DNA of 10,518 bases, from assembly GCA_043816005.1 (NCBI GenBank), contig JBDRIM010000028.1:1-10518 (forward strand). Reading direction: 5' to 3'. The stretch is from Candidatus Micrarchaeota archaeon. Lineage in GTDB: Archaea > Micrarchaeota > Micrarchaeia > Anstonellales > Bilamarchaeaceae. Positions 1 through 8,460 of this stretch are shown one piece after another (the stretch's first letter is position 1; each line of letters starts with the position of its first letter). The notes beneath the pieces were generated by a model that saw only the letters and a program-made list of their open reading frames with translations, was not told the origin of the DNA and did no database searches. The translations under genes and the position numbers were made by a program.

Positions 1-986
<986 letters not shown>

Positions 987-1214
987 TAATTCTAGTTGAT
1001 CGTGCTTATCTTAAAACACGAATTTGGTACGATATGATATCTAATTCCCTTATAGGAATTGACATTGCACGGATCGTTTACTCTTGAAGCGTGAGTCAAA
1101 TCTATTAGTAATAGATTTCCACAATTGATGACAAATTTTTCAAAGATTTGCCAACAGAGAAAATTTCTCCTAGATGACACCTTCTGAAGCGACAAAAACG
1201 CTAAGAAAGCGCAG
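987..1214 (-). other. 5' external transcribed spacer (pre-16S leader) with several hairpins
   Basis: Lies between the predicted TATA box and the mature 16S 5' end. Inverted repeats at 1043-1060, 1098-1118, 1132-1150, 1157-1169 and 1199-1212, plus a long-range pair between 998-1005 and 1067-1075. Confidence 0.65.
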
Positions 1215-1236
1215 AGTGTATATAGAGATACAGGAG

Positions 1237-1254
1237 TTTATAAAGGTTTCGTTC
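1237..1254 (-). promoter_or_regulatory. 16S rRNA promoter (BRE + TATA box)
   Basis: The minus strand reads GAACGAAACC-TTTATAAA, a purine-rich BRE followed by a consensus TATA box. Predicted TSS about 1212-1215. Confidence 0.75.
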
Positions 1255-1473
1255 GTACCTCGATAATAGTCAAGCATCAGATAATATTCCTTTGAAACAC
1301 TTTAAACAAACATAAGATTCACCGCTGTTTAGCGCACCGCGTGAGCAAACAAATGGATTATTGATATACATTTTCACAAGATTTGAAAATTCAGAACAAA
1401 CCTGGCATCGTTGAGTCATAAGATATAAATAGACAAAAAAATTAATAATATTAGGCCAATACCGCAAAAAACC

Positions 1474-1489
1474 AGAAATGCATTAAAAT
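1474..1489 (+). promoter_or_regulatory. Putative BRE/TATA for a leaderless transcript of the wHTH gene
   Basis: AGAAATGC-ATTAAAAT with the TATA-like element 22-29 nt upstream of the ATG at 1511; no SD motif visible. Confidence 0.4.
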
Positions 1490-1510
1490 CCCGACTACCA
1501 GAACTATAAC

Positions 1511-2092
1511 ATGGATGAAGATAAAATAGTTCTTGATCGTAAAAGTTTTGAAGCCCTCGCAGTAGATAGCCGAGTAAGAATATTAAAATCATTAAAACAA
1601 AGAAGAAAAACTCTTTCTGAACTAGCAAAGGAACAAAAAATGTCGATATCAGGAGTAAAAGAACATCTTGAAACTCTTGAAAAAGTTAATTTGATAAAAA
1701 AAATAGATGATGGACACAAATGGAAATATTATGAATTAACAAAAAAAGGAAATGAAATTATCGGTCCAAAAGAAATTAGAGTTTGGATACTACTTGTTAC
1801 TGCTGTTGTTGCACTTTTGGCTTCTTTTACTGCTATGTTCTCAGTAACAGATTTACAAACAACAGATTTCAGAACAATTGAACCAGTAGCACAACAGGAA
1901 ATGTTAACAGCAGCTATGCCGGATAATGGAAGTGAAATGGTTGGAAAAACAGCAGTTGATGATGCTTCATTAGCAGATGATAAAATATTAACAGAGCCTG
2001 ATCTCACAATACCAAATGCAGTTGCATGGATAAGTGGATTAACAATTACTTTGTGTGTTTTAATTCTAATAAAAAATAGAATAAAAACATGA
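1511..2092 (+). CDS. ArsR-like winged-HTH transcriptional regulator with two C-terminal transmembrane helices
   Basis: N-terminal FEALAVDSRVRILKSL...TLSELAK...SISGVKEHLETLEKVNLI...KWKYYELTKKG is an ArsR/HTH_20 pattern. Hydrophobic segments VWILLVTAVVALLASFTAMF and AVAWISGLTITLCVLILI flank an acidic loop. Confidence 0.88.
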   Translation: MDEDKIVLDRKSFEALAVDSRVRILKSLKQRRKTLSELAKEQKMSISGVKEHLETLEKVNLIKKIDDGHKWKYYELTKKGNEIIGPKEIRVWILLVTAVVALLASFTAMFSVTDLQTTDFRTIEPVAQQEMLTAAMPDNGSEMVGKTAVDDASLADDKILTEPDLTIPNAVAWISGLTITLCVLILIKNRIKT

Positions 2093-2098
2093 TAGAAT

Positions 2099-2467
2099 TT
2101 AGGATTTTATTGCTTTATTCAGCGCATCTAAAGGCAATAGCGCACATTTCATTCTCGACGGATTTTTACTTAAATCGATTTTTAACAACGCCAAAATTTC
2201 TTTTTTGCTAATTTTTTTTACGTCAGCCAACAACTTGTCTTTCAAATAATTAGTGAATAAAGAAGCACTTGCTTGACTTATGGCACAACCAGAACCAGTA
2301 AATTTGGCATCTTGAATAATGCCGTTAGAAACTTTCAAATAAAGCTGAACAATATCCCCACAAGTCGTATTGTGAATTTCTGCCTGATAGTCTGCGTTCT
2401 GAATCTTACCGAAGTTGATTGGATTTTTATAAAGTTCAATAATAAATTCCTGATAAAGTTCTTCCAT
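2099..2467 (-). CDS. sufU: SufU/IscU-family Fe-S cluster assembly (sulfur transfer/scaffold) protein
   Basis: Motifs LYQE..YKNP.NFG, TCGD (C36, D38), GCAISQAS (C61) and RMKCALL (C108). Last gene of the sufC-sufS operon, with GGGAG SD-like motif upstream. Confidence 0.93.
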   Translation of the reverse strand: MEELYQEFIIELYKNPINFGKIQNADYQAEIHNTTCGDIVQLYLKVSNGIIQDAKFTGSGCAISQASASLFTNYLKDKLLADVKKISKKEILALLKIDLSKNPSRMKCALLPLDALNKAIKS

Positions 2468-2468
2468 T

Positions 2469-2801
2469 TTAACTCCCAGTTATTCCACCAATTATAGATG
2501 GTGTAAGTAAGAATAATACAATACTGATTATACCACCAAGAAGTGCTAGCACGCCCAAAATTCCGCAGATGAACATGGCAATTTTAAGTACTCCTTGAAC
2601 TCCTTTCACAAAAAAGTAGATACTCAAAGCAATTGCCAAAAAGACTACACCAATACCTAATCCAAGAATAGTAGTAATCCCCATCATGTTTTTGGTTGCA
2701 TCTTGTAACTGATTCATTGCATTTTTTAGATTAGACGAACCGCTACTAGCAAAAACCATTCCAAGAAGTATCAATGTAAAAACCAGATATTTTAACTTCA
2801 C
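2469..2801 (-). CDS. Small membrane protein (signal peptide, amphipathic helix, 2 TM helices), VirB2/TrbC pilin-like architecture
   Basis: GTG start with a GGGTGA SD overlapping the sufS stop; 4-nt and 1-nt gaps to its neighbours. MKLKYLVFTLILLGMVFA signal-like N-terminus and two Gly-rich hydrophobic helices ending TPSIIGGI. The CDS is well supported; the pilin identity is inference. Confidence 0.75.
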   Translation of the reverse strand: MKLKYLVFTLILLGMVFASSGSSNLKNAMNQLQDATKNMMGITTILGLGIGVVFLAIALSIYFFVKGVQGVLKIAMFICGILGVLALLGGIISIVLFLLTPSIIGGITGS

Positions 2802-2805
2802 AAAA

Positions 2806-4008
2806 TCACCCGAATATTTTTTTTACTCTATTAAGCGAATCTATCATCAAATCTACTTCTTCTTTTTTATTATAAAGATATATGCTTGCACGTGAACTTG
2901 CACCAATTTTAAATCTTTCATGTATTGGCATGGCACAATGATGACCGCTTCTGATACATATATTATCCTCTGCAAGCATTGCAGAAACATCATGGGGATG
3001 AACGCCATCAAGAGTAAATGAAACAAGCCCACTACGATTTTTACTATTTGGACCGAGTATTTGTAAACCACCAATTTCTGATAACCGTTTTTCCATATAA
3101 TTAACAAGCGAAATTTCGTGTTTGTAAACATTCTCAATCCCAATTTTGTTTAGATACTCTATAGCTATACCCAAACCAAGTGCAGCTGAAACCGAAGGTG
3201 TTCCTGATTCAAATTTAAACGGCAACGCATTCCACTCGCTTTTAGTTGTGCTAACTTTCCTTATCATTTGGCTGCCATAGAGAAACGGATCGCATTTCTC
3301 TAAAATTTCCTCACGACCATAAAGAACACCAATACCAAATGGAGCAAGCATTTTATGACCGGAAAATGCAAGAAAATCACAATCAAGTTTTTTGATATCT
3401 GTTGGCATTGAAGGAACTGATTGTGCACCATCAACGACACAAATTGCACCAGCATCATGGGCAATTTTACATAATCGCTTAGTATCATTCACAGTACCAA
3501 GAACATTTGAAACAGTTGAAATTGCAACTAATTTTGCACCTTTTACTTTCTTTTCAAAATCAACTAAATCAATTTGGCCATCTTCAGTAACATCCACAAC
3601 AACAAATTTTGCTTTTTTAGAATTTGCCAAAAATTGCCATGGAACAAAATTACTATGATGTTCCATGACAGTAGTAACTATTTTATCGCCTTTTTTGATA
3701 TATTTGCCCCAGCCACGCATTATGATGTTTATTGCATATGTCGTGTTTTGAGTAAAAATAATTTCGTTATTGTTTTCCGCATTGATGAATTTTTGTACTG
3801 ATTGACGAACTGCTTCATAATCCATTGTTGCTTCTTCTGCAAGTTTGTAAAGTCCACGAGCAACATTTGCATTTTTGTTTGTATAAAAATCAGTGATTGA
3901 ATCAATAACTTGCTTTGGTTTTTGTGAAGTTGCCGCCGAATCAAGATAGACTAGGCCAGGCGTATTGATGAGCGGAAAATCCCCCCGTATTCTTTCAACG
4001 TTTAGCAT
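2806..4008 (-). CDS. sufS: Cysteine desulfurase, group II (SufS)
   Basis: YLDSAATSQKP, MEHHSN, VDGAQS, FSGHKM (PLP lysine), FESGTP, HPHDV and RSGHHCA (group II catalytic Cys loop). Confidence 0.97.
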   Translation of the reverse strand: MLNVERIRGDFPLINTPGLVYLDSAATSQKPKQVIDSITDFYTNKNANVARGLYKLAEEATMDYEAVRQSVQKFINAENNNEIIFTQNTTYAINIIMRGWGKYIKKGDKIVTTVMEHHSNFVPWQFLANSKKAKFVVVDVTEDGQIDLVDFEKKVKGAKLVAISTVSNVLGTVNDTKRLCKIAHDAGAICVVDGAQSVPSMPTDIKKLDCDFLAFSGHKMLAPFGIGVLYGREEILEKCDPFLYGSQMIRKVSTTKSEWNALPFKFESGTPSVSAALGLGIAIEYLNKIGIENVYKHEISLVNYMEKRLSEIGGLQILGPNSKNRSGLVSFTLDGVHPHDVSAMLAEDNICIRSGHHCAMPIHERFKIGASSRASIYLYNKKEEVDLMIDSLNRVKKIFG

Positions 4009-4741
4009 TTTTTTTCACTTTAGCATAGCCATCTTTTTCGATTTGATAGGCGAGTTTTGCATTTCCAGACTTGATTATTTTTCCATTTGATAAAATGTGA
4101 ACCACATTTGGAACTATATACTTTAGTATACGTGGATAGTGAGTGACAATAAGGAAACTTCTTGTACCATCATCAAGTTCTTTTATTGCTTTAGATATGA
4201 CTTTGATCCCATCAACGTCTAATCCAGAATCAATTTCATCTAAGATTATTACTTTTGGTTTCAGTGCGGACATTTGAAGTATTTCTAAACGTTTTTTTTC
4301 ACCGCCAGAAAAACCAACATTAATTTCTCTACTGATAAAACTTTTATCAAGTCCAAGTTTTTCACATAATTTAACAAGTTTCTCATGATCTTTTACCATC
4401 TTATCAAGATCATTATTACTATCAGCAACTGATTTTGCTTTACGTATCAAACTTGATGCTTTTACACCCTCAACTTCTTCGGGATTCTGAAACGCAAGGA
4501 ACATACCCGCCTTGGCACGTTCATTTGTTTTTAGATTAATTAGTTCTTTTCCATTGAGTTTTATGCTTCCTTTAACATTCAATGTTGGATCTCCCATAAG
4601 AGCACTGCATAACGTGCTTTTTCCACTGCCGTTGGGTCCCATGAATGCATAAACTTTGCCAGATTCGAGGATCAAAGAAATTCCTTTGATGATTTCTTTT
4701 TCAGAAGCACAAACATGAAGATTATTAATTTCTAAAACCAT
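3995..4741 (-). CDS. sufC: Fe-S cluster assembly ABC ATPase SufC
   Basis: Walker A GPNGSGKST, FLAFQNPEEVEGV, signature GFSGGEKKR, Walker B ILDEIDSGLDVD, and VTHYPRIL. Overlaps sufS by 14 nt and shares a TAATG junction with the upstream gene. Confidence 0.97.
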   Translation of the reverse strand: MVLEINNLHVCASEKEIIKGISLILESGKVYAFMGPNGSGKSTLCSALMGDPTLNVKGSIKLNGKELINLKTNERAKAGMFLAFQNPEEVEGVKASSLIRKAKSVADSNNDLDKMVKDHEKLVKLCEKLGLDKSFISREINVGFSGGEKKRLEILQMSALKPKVIILDEIDSGLDVDGIKVISKAIKELDDGTRSFLIVTHYPRILKYIVPNVVHILSNGKIIKSGNAKLAYQIEKDGYAKVKKNAKR

Positions 4742-5157
4742 TAGAACACCCTATCAGTAAGAGAAATTGGACAAAAATCTCTGACACCTTTGATTTTTCT
4801 GATGTGATCAATTACGCCATTTACAACACCAGCTGGACCAACTACCTCAACCCCTATGGCAAATGGCCCAACAGTCTGATAAATGGCAGTAACCATTGAA
4901 AGTTTTTTTATCGAATCAATAACTGAATGGTAATATTTATGATCAGCATTGACTGCAACAAATGCGCGTTTCCAACCTATCTTTGATTGGTTTAGTAGTA
5001 TAGTACTCCCAACTATCACTCCTTTTGATTTCAGTCGTTGAATTCTTTTCTGAATTGCAGGTTGGCTTATTTTCAGATTCTTGGCTATTTCTGATAATGT
5101 AATTCTTGAATTCTTAAGCATGAAGTGGATTATTTTAAGATCTGAAGAATCAAGCAT
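4741..5157 (-). CDS. Lrp/AsnC-family transcriptional regulator heading the suf operon (the ORF extends to 5175, but the ATG at 5157 is the more likely start)
   Basis: MLDSSDLKII...NSRITLSEIAKNLKISQPAIQKRIQRLKSKGVI is the AsnC HTH, followed by a RAM-like domain. The start at 5157 matches the family N-terminus (MLD..D..I) and the TATA spacing. Confidence 0.9.
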   Translation of the reverse strand: MLDSSDLKIIHFMLKNSRITLSEIAKNLKISQPAIQKRIQRLKSKGVIVGSTILLNQSKIGWKRAFVAVNADHKYYHSVIDSIKKLSMVTAIYQTVGPFAIGVEVVGPAGVVNGVIDHIRKIKGVRDFCPISLTDRVF

Positions 5158-5168
5158 ATTTACTTTAT

Positions 5169-5201
5169 TAACCATTATAGTTTAAAAATATAACCCATAA
5201 T
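5169..5201. promoter_or_regulatory. Divergent promoter with a palindromic TATA (TTTAAA, 5181-5186) and flanking imperfect direct repeats
   Basis: TTTAAA starts 30 nt before the sufB ATG (5211) on the + strand and 29 nt before the ATG at 5157 on the - strand. TAACCATTAT (5169) and TAACCCATAA (5191) lie 22 bp apart. Confidence 0.6.
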
Positions 5202-5210
5202 CTTCTAGTT

Positions 5211-6529
5211 ATGCATCTTGATGAAAGCTTAATTAGTGAATTGTCTTCGATAAAAAAAGAACCTTCATGGATGGTTAAAAGAAGAATAGATGCTTACGAC
5301 CAATTTACTTCAATGCCAATGCACAAATTCGGACCGGATTTATCAGGTTTGAATCTCGGAGATGTTGAATGGTATGTAAAAGGTCCACAAAAGAAAAAAT
5401 CATGGGACGATGTTGATCCTGAGATAAAAAAGAAATTTGACAGACTTGGAGTTCCAGAAGCAGAAAGAAAATTTCTGGCTGGACTGGAGGTACAAGTTGA
5501 ATCAAATTCAGTATATGGCAAATTGAAAAAAGAATGGGAAGAAAAAGGCATCATCTATACTAGCATGGATGAAGCAGTGAAAAAATATCCGGATTTGCTA
5601 AGAAAGTATATGGGGAAGGCAATACCAACTAGCGATAACAAATTTGCTGCATTAACCGACGCTGTTTGGAGTGGCGGAAGTTTTCTTTATGTTCCAAAGG
5701 GAATTGTCATTCAAGCACCATTACATGCGTATTTCATGATTTCAACTGATGGAGTAGGACAATTTGAGCGAACAATAATAATAGCAGAAGAAGGGAGTTC
5801 AGTTACTTATGTTGAAGGTTGTTCTGCGCCACTTTACCCTCGCAGTAATTTACATACTGGAGTAGTAGAGAGATATTTGCTGAAAAAAATTCTCACGTTA
5901 GATATATTACACTTCAAAACTGGTCTCATAATGTATATAATTTGGTTACGCAAAGGGGGATAGCAAAAGAAAATGCAATTGTTGAATGGATAGATGCAAA
6001 CATTGGTTCAATAGTAACGCAAAAATACCCGTGTGTTGTGCTTGCAGGCGAAAGTGCACGCGGACGAATAATTTCGATGTCAGCTGCCACTGGAAAACAG
6101 AATATGGATTCCGGTGGTAAGATGATCCATCTTGCTCCAAATACATCTTCTACAATTATTTCGAAGGGAATCAGTTCAAAAGGTGGAACTTCAACATTCC
6201 GAGCAGATGTAAAAATCAAACCAGAAGCAAAAAATTCGAATTCGTTTGTCAATTGTCAAGGTTTGATGTTAGACTACAGATCAAAGAACAATTCAATACC
6301 TAAATTTTATGTTGGAAATGGAGAATCTACCGTTTCTCATGAAGCAAGTGCAGGCAAACTTAGTGAAAAGAAATTATTCTATTTGATGAGTAGGGGAATT
6401 TCAAGAAAAGATGCAGAAGAGCTTTTGGTTTTGGGTTTCTTCGATTCATTCATCAAAGAATTGCCATTTGAATATGCAGTTGAATTTAATCGATTGTTAA
6501 CTGTAGAGATAGATGACAGTGCAATTTAA
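5211..6529 (+). pseudogene. sufB: Fe-S cluster assembly protein SufB, frameshifted at about 5871 (true lesion or assembly error); 438 aa when repaired
   Basis: ORF 5211-5963 has EPSWM, RLGVPEAERKFLAG, DNKFAAL..AVWSGGSFLYVPKG, GQFERT, YVEGCSAP and LHTGVVE. ORF 5942-6529 has WIDANIGS..TQKYP, DSGGKMIH, HEAS, FYLMSRG and ELPFEYAVE. Removing AG at 5871-5872 gives a continuous [31 protein letters not shown]. Confidence 0.93.
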
Positions 6530-6546
6530 TTTTAAAAATAAAAAAA
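6530..6546. terminator. Shared oligo-T terminator region between convergent sufB and gdhA
   Basis: T7 directly after the gdhA stop on the minus strand (A7 at 6540-6546) and T4 after the sufB stop on the plus strand. Confidence 0.5.
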
Positions 6547-7770
6547 TTATAACTTTAATTTGTCTTTTGTAGCTTCATCAATTCTGCCTAAAGCAAGAAC
6601 ATATGCTGCAGTTCGCATGTCAATCTTTTTTGATGCATGGAGATCGAAAGTTGAATTGAACTCCTTTACCATTTTTTGTTCAAGCTTTTTGTTTACGTCT
6701 TCTTCTGTCCAGTAGTATCCATACAAATTCTGAACCCATTCAAAGTAGGATACACAAACACCACCAGAGTTTGCAAGAACATCAGGAATCAAAAATTGTC
6801 CGTTCTTGTGCAACACATCATCTGCTTCTGGTGTTACTGGCCCATTTGCCAATTCAACAAGCATCTTTGCCTTAACTTTTGAAACGTTTTCTTTTGTTAT
6901 TGCATTTTCAAGTGCAGCCAAAACCAAAATATCAACATCAAGTTCAAGCAATTCTTCATTACTAATTTTCTTAGCACCGTGATAAGCATCTACTCTGCCA
7001 TCTTTTGCCTTGACTTCTTCGAGTTTTTTGAAATCAAAACCAGATTCTACATACGCACCGCCTTTTGAATCTGATACGGCTACGATTGTGAAACCATCTT
7101 CGGCCATAAGTCTTGCCATGTGGGCGCCCGCATTACCAAAACCTTGGACAGCGACTTTTTTACCAACATGAATTTTTTTTACTGCTTCTTTTGTTGCAAA
7201 ATATCCACCCAATGCAGTTGCATACCCTCGTCCTAATGACCCACCAAGTGATAGTGGTTTACCAGTGATAACTGCTGGCGAATGCTTACCAACTATTGTG
7301 GAATATTCATCCATCATCCACGCCATAATTTGTGGAGTGGTATAAACATCTGGAGCTGGAATATCTCTATAGGGACCAACAATTACAGATGCACCACGCA
7401 TCCAGCCTCTGGATAGTCTTTCCAATTCTGCTTTAGATAATTTGTGAGGATCAACGATTACCCCGCCTTTTCCTCCACCATATGGAATATCAATTACTGC
7501 ACATTTTATAGTCATCCAAAATGCAAGTGCTTTTACTTCGTCTAATGAAACATTTGGATGAAAACGAATTCCACCTTTTGTTGGACCTCTTGCGTCATTA
7601 TATCTTACTCTAAATCCTTGAAATGCTTTGATTGATCCATCATCCATCCTTACTGGGATGGAAAATGATAATGCTTCTTTTGGCAGTTTCAAAGTTTCTT
7701 CAGTTTCCTGTGCCAACTTTATATGTTTTTTTGCTTTTTCTAGTTGTTTCTCTGCATTTTCAAATACCAT
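6547..7770 (-). CDS. gdhA: NAD(P)-dependent glutamate dehydrogenase (Glu/Leu/Phe/Val dehydrogenase family)
   Basis: [61 protein letters not shown] and [28 protein letters not shown]-like motif at 7781-7787. Confidence 0.96.
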   Translation of the reverse strand: MVFENAEKQLEKAKKHIKLAQETEETLKLPKEALSFSIPVRMDDGSIKAFQGFRVRYNDARGPTKGGIRFHPNVSLDEVKALAFWMTIKCAVIDIPYGGGKGGVIVDPHKLSKAELERLSRGWMRGASVIVGPYRDIPAPDVYTTPQIMAWMMDEYSTIVGKHSPAVITGKPLSLGGSLGRGYATALGGYFATKEAVKKIHVGKKVAVQGFGNAGAHMARLMAEDGFTIVAVSDSKGGAYVESGFDFKKLEEVKAKDGRVDAYHGAKKISNEELLELDVDILVLAALENAITKENVSKVKAKMLVELANGPVTPEADDVLHKNGQFLIPDVLANSGGVCVSYFEWVQNLYGYYWTEEDVNKKLEQKMVKEFNSTFDLHASKKIDMRTAAYVLALGRIDEATKDKLKL

Positions 7771-7857
7771 AGCATATCAACTCTCCTAAATAGAATTTTA
7801 TACGTGTTTAAATGCGAACAGTTAAAAAGCTTGATTCAAGCCTTACGTTAGGTAACG

Positions 7858-7878
7858 AATAATGCTTTAAACATTATT
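7858..7878 (+). promoter_or_regulatory. Palindrome AATAATG-C-TTTAAA-CATTATT centred on a TATA box upstream of ORF 7905
   Basis: 7-bp perfect arms around TTTAAA (7866-7871); AGGTGG SD-like motif at 7895-7900 before the ATG at 7905. Confidence 0.5.
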
Positions 7879-7904
7879 AAACACAATGCTTTCAAGGTGG
7901 GAAA

Positions 7905-8450
7905 ATGGATTTAACTGCGTTACCAATAACTGAATTAATAAGAAGATTAGGGTATGGTGATGATTTCCTTAGAACAGATGTTTGTGATGAATTAATAAGA
8001 CGAGCTAAAAGAGGAGAAATAATTGATGACGCAGTAGCTGCATTAACTCATGCTGCAGAACACGACGATGTGCTTGGTGTTAAAAACTTAGCTAAATTAG
8101 CAATAGCAGAAGCAGAAAAAAGTGCAAGAGGAGAAAATAAATTAAGCTCACGTTTAACTGAACTTATAACAGCAAAAAACTGGGATGGTTTAGTTCAACT
8201 TATGAGAGACAGACATATTGGTTACGAAGTTACGTGTATATTAAGAGGAGATCCAGATTCAAAACGAGCTGGAACCGAACTTAATGAAATTAGTCGTTTT
8301 TTAGTCAGAACTTTAGAAATAAACAGGATTGATCTGAGCACTTTACCAAGAGAATTATCATCTGCAATTAGAACTGCTCAAACTAGACAATTTGGAAATC
8401 CAATGACTGGTCCTACTGGTAGTGGAATAGGAAGAAGATTAACTTGCTAG
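7905..8450 (+). CDS. Hypothetical alpha-helical protein with HEAT-like N-terminal repeats
   Basis: 181-aa ORF with TATA and SD. ITELIRRLGYGDDFLR..VCDEL and AVAALTHAAEHDDVLGVKNLAKLAI resemble HEAT/PBS-lyase units. ELIRR occurs twice. Confidence 0.75.
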   Translation: MDLTALPITELIRRLGYGDDFLRTDVCDELIRRAKRGEIIDDAVAALTHAAEHDDVLGVKNLAKLAIAEAEKSARGENKLSSRLTELITAKNWDGLVQLMRDRHIGYEVTCILRGDPDSKRAGTELNEISRFLVRTLEINRIDLSTLPRELSSAIRTAQTRQFGNPMTGPTGSGIGRRLTC

Positions 8451-8460
8451 AAATGAAAAA

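Noticed and set aside
1125..1187. Possible C/D box sRNA on + (TTGATGA ... CTGA, with CAGA/AGATGA inside)
   Set aside because: Guide lengths of about 23 and 6 nt do not fit archaeal C/D sRNAs, and it is antisense to the rRNA leader.
992..1195. 67-aa ORF (-) upstream of the 16S
   Set aside because: Lies within the structured pre-rRNA leader, downstream of the rRNA promoter, with no protein-like motifs.
1270..1467. 65-aa ORF (-) and a small GC-rich hairpin at 1319-1344 (CGCT-GTTT-AGCG within TCAC/GTGA)
   Set aside because: No SD or recognisable motif for the ORF. The hairpin is too short to support a tRNA or ncRNA call.
1416..2007. Minus-strand ORFs 1416-1628, 1504-1719 and 1729-2007
   Set aside because: Antisense shadows of the wHTH gene.
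2273..3944. Short ORFs overlapping sufU and sufS (2273, 2853, 3300, 3392, 3574, 3729)
   Set aside because: Alternate-frame or antisense overlaps of clearly conserved genes.
5942..6529. Calling the 195-aa ORF a separate sufD
   Set aside because: It is the collinear C-terminal half of SufB (TQKYP, ELPFEYAVE), and homology continues upstream of its nominal start back to the frameshift.
5294..6882. Short ORFs at 5294, 5305, 5926, 5946 and 6676
   Set aside because: Antisense to sufB or gdhA.
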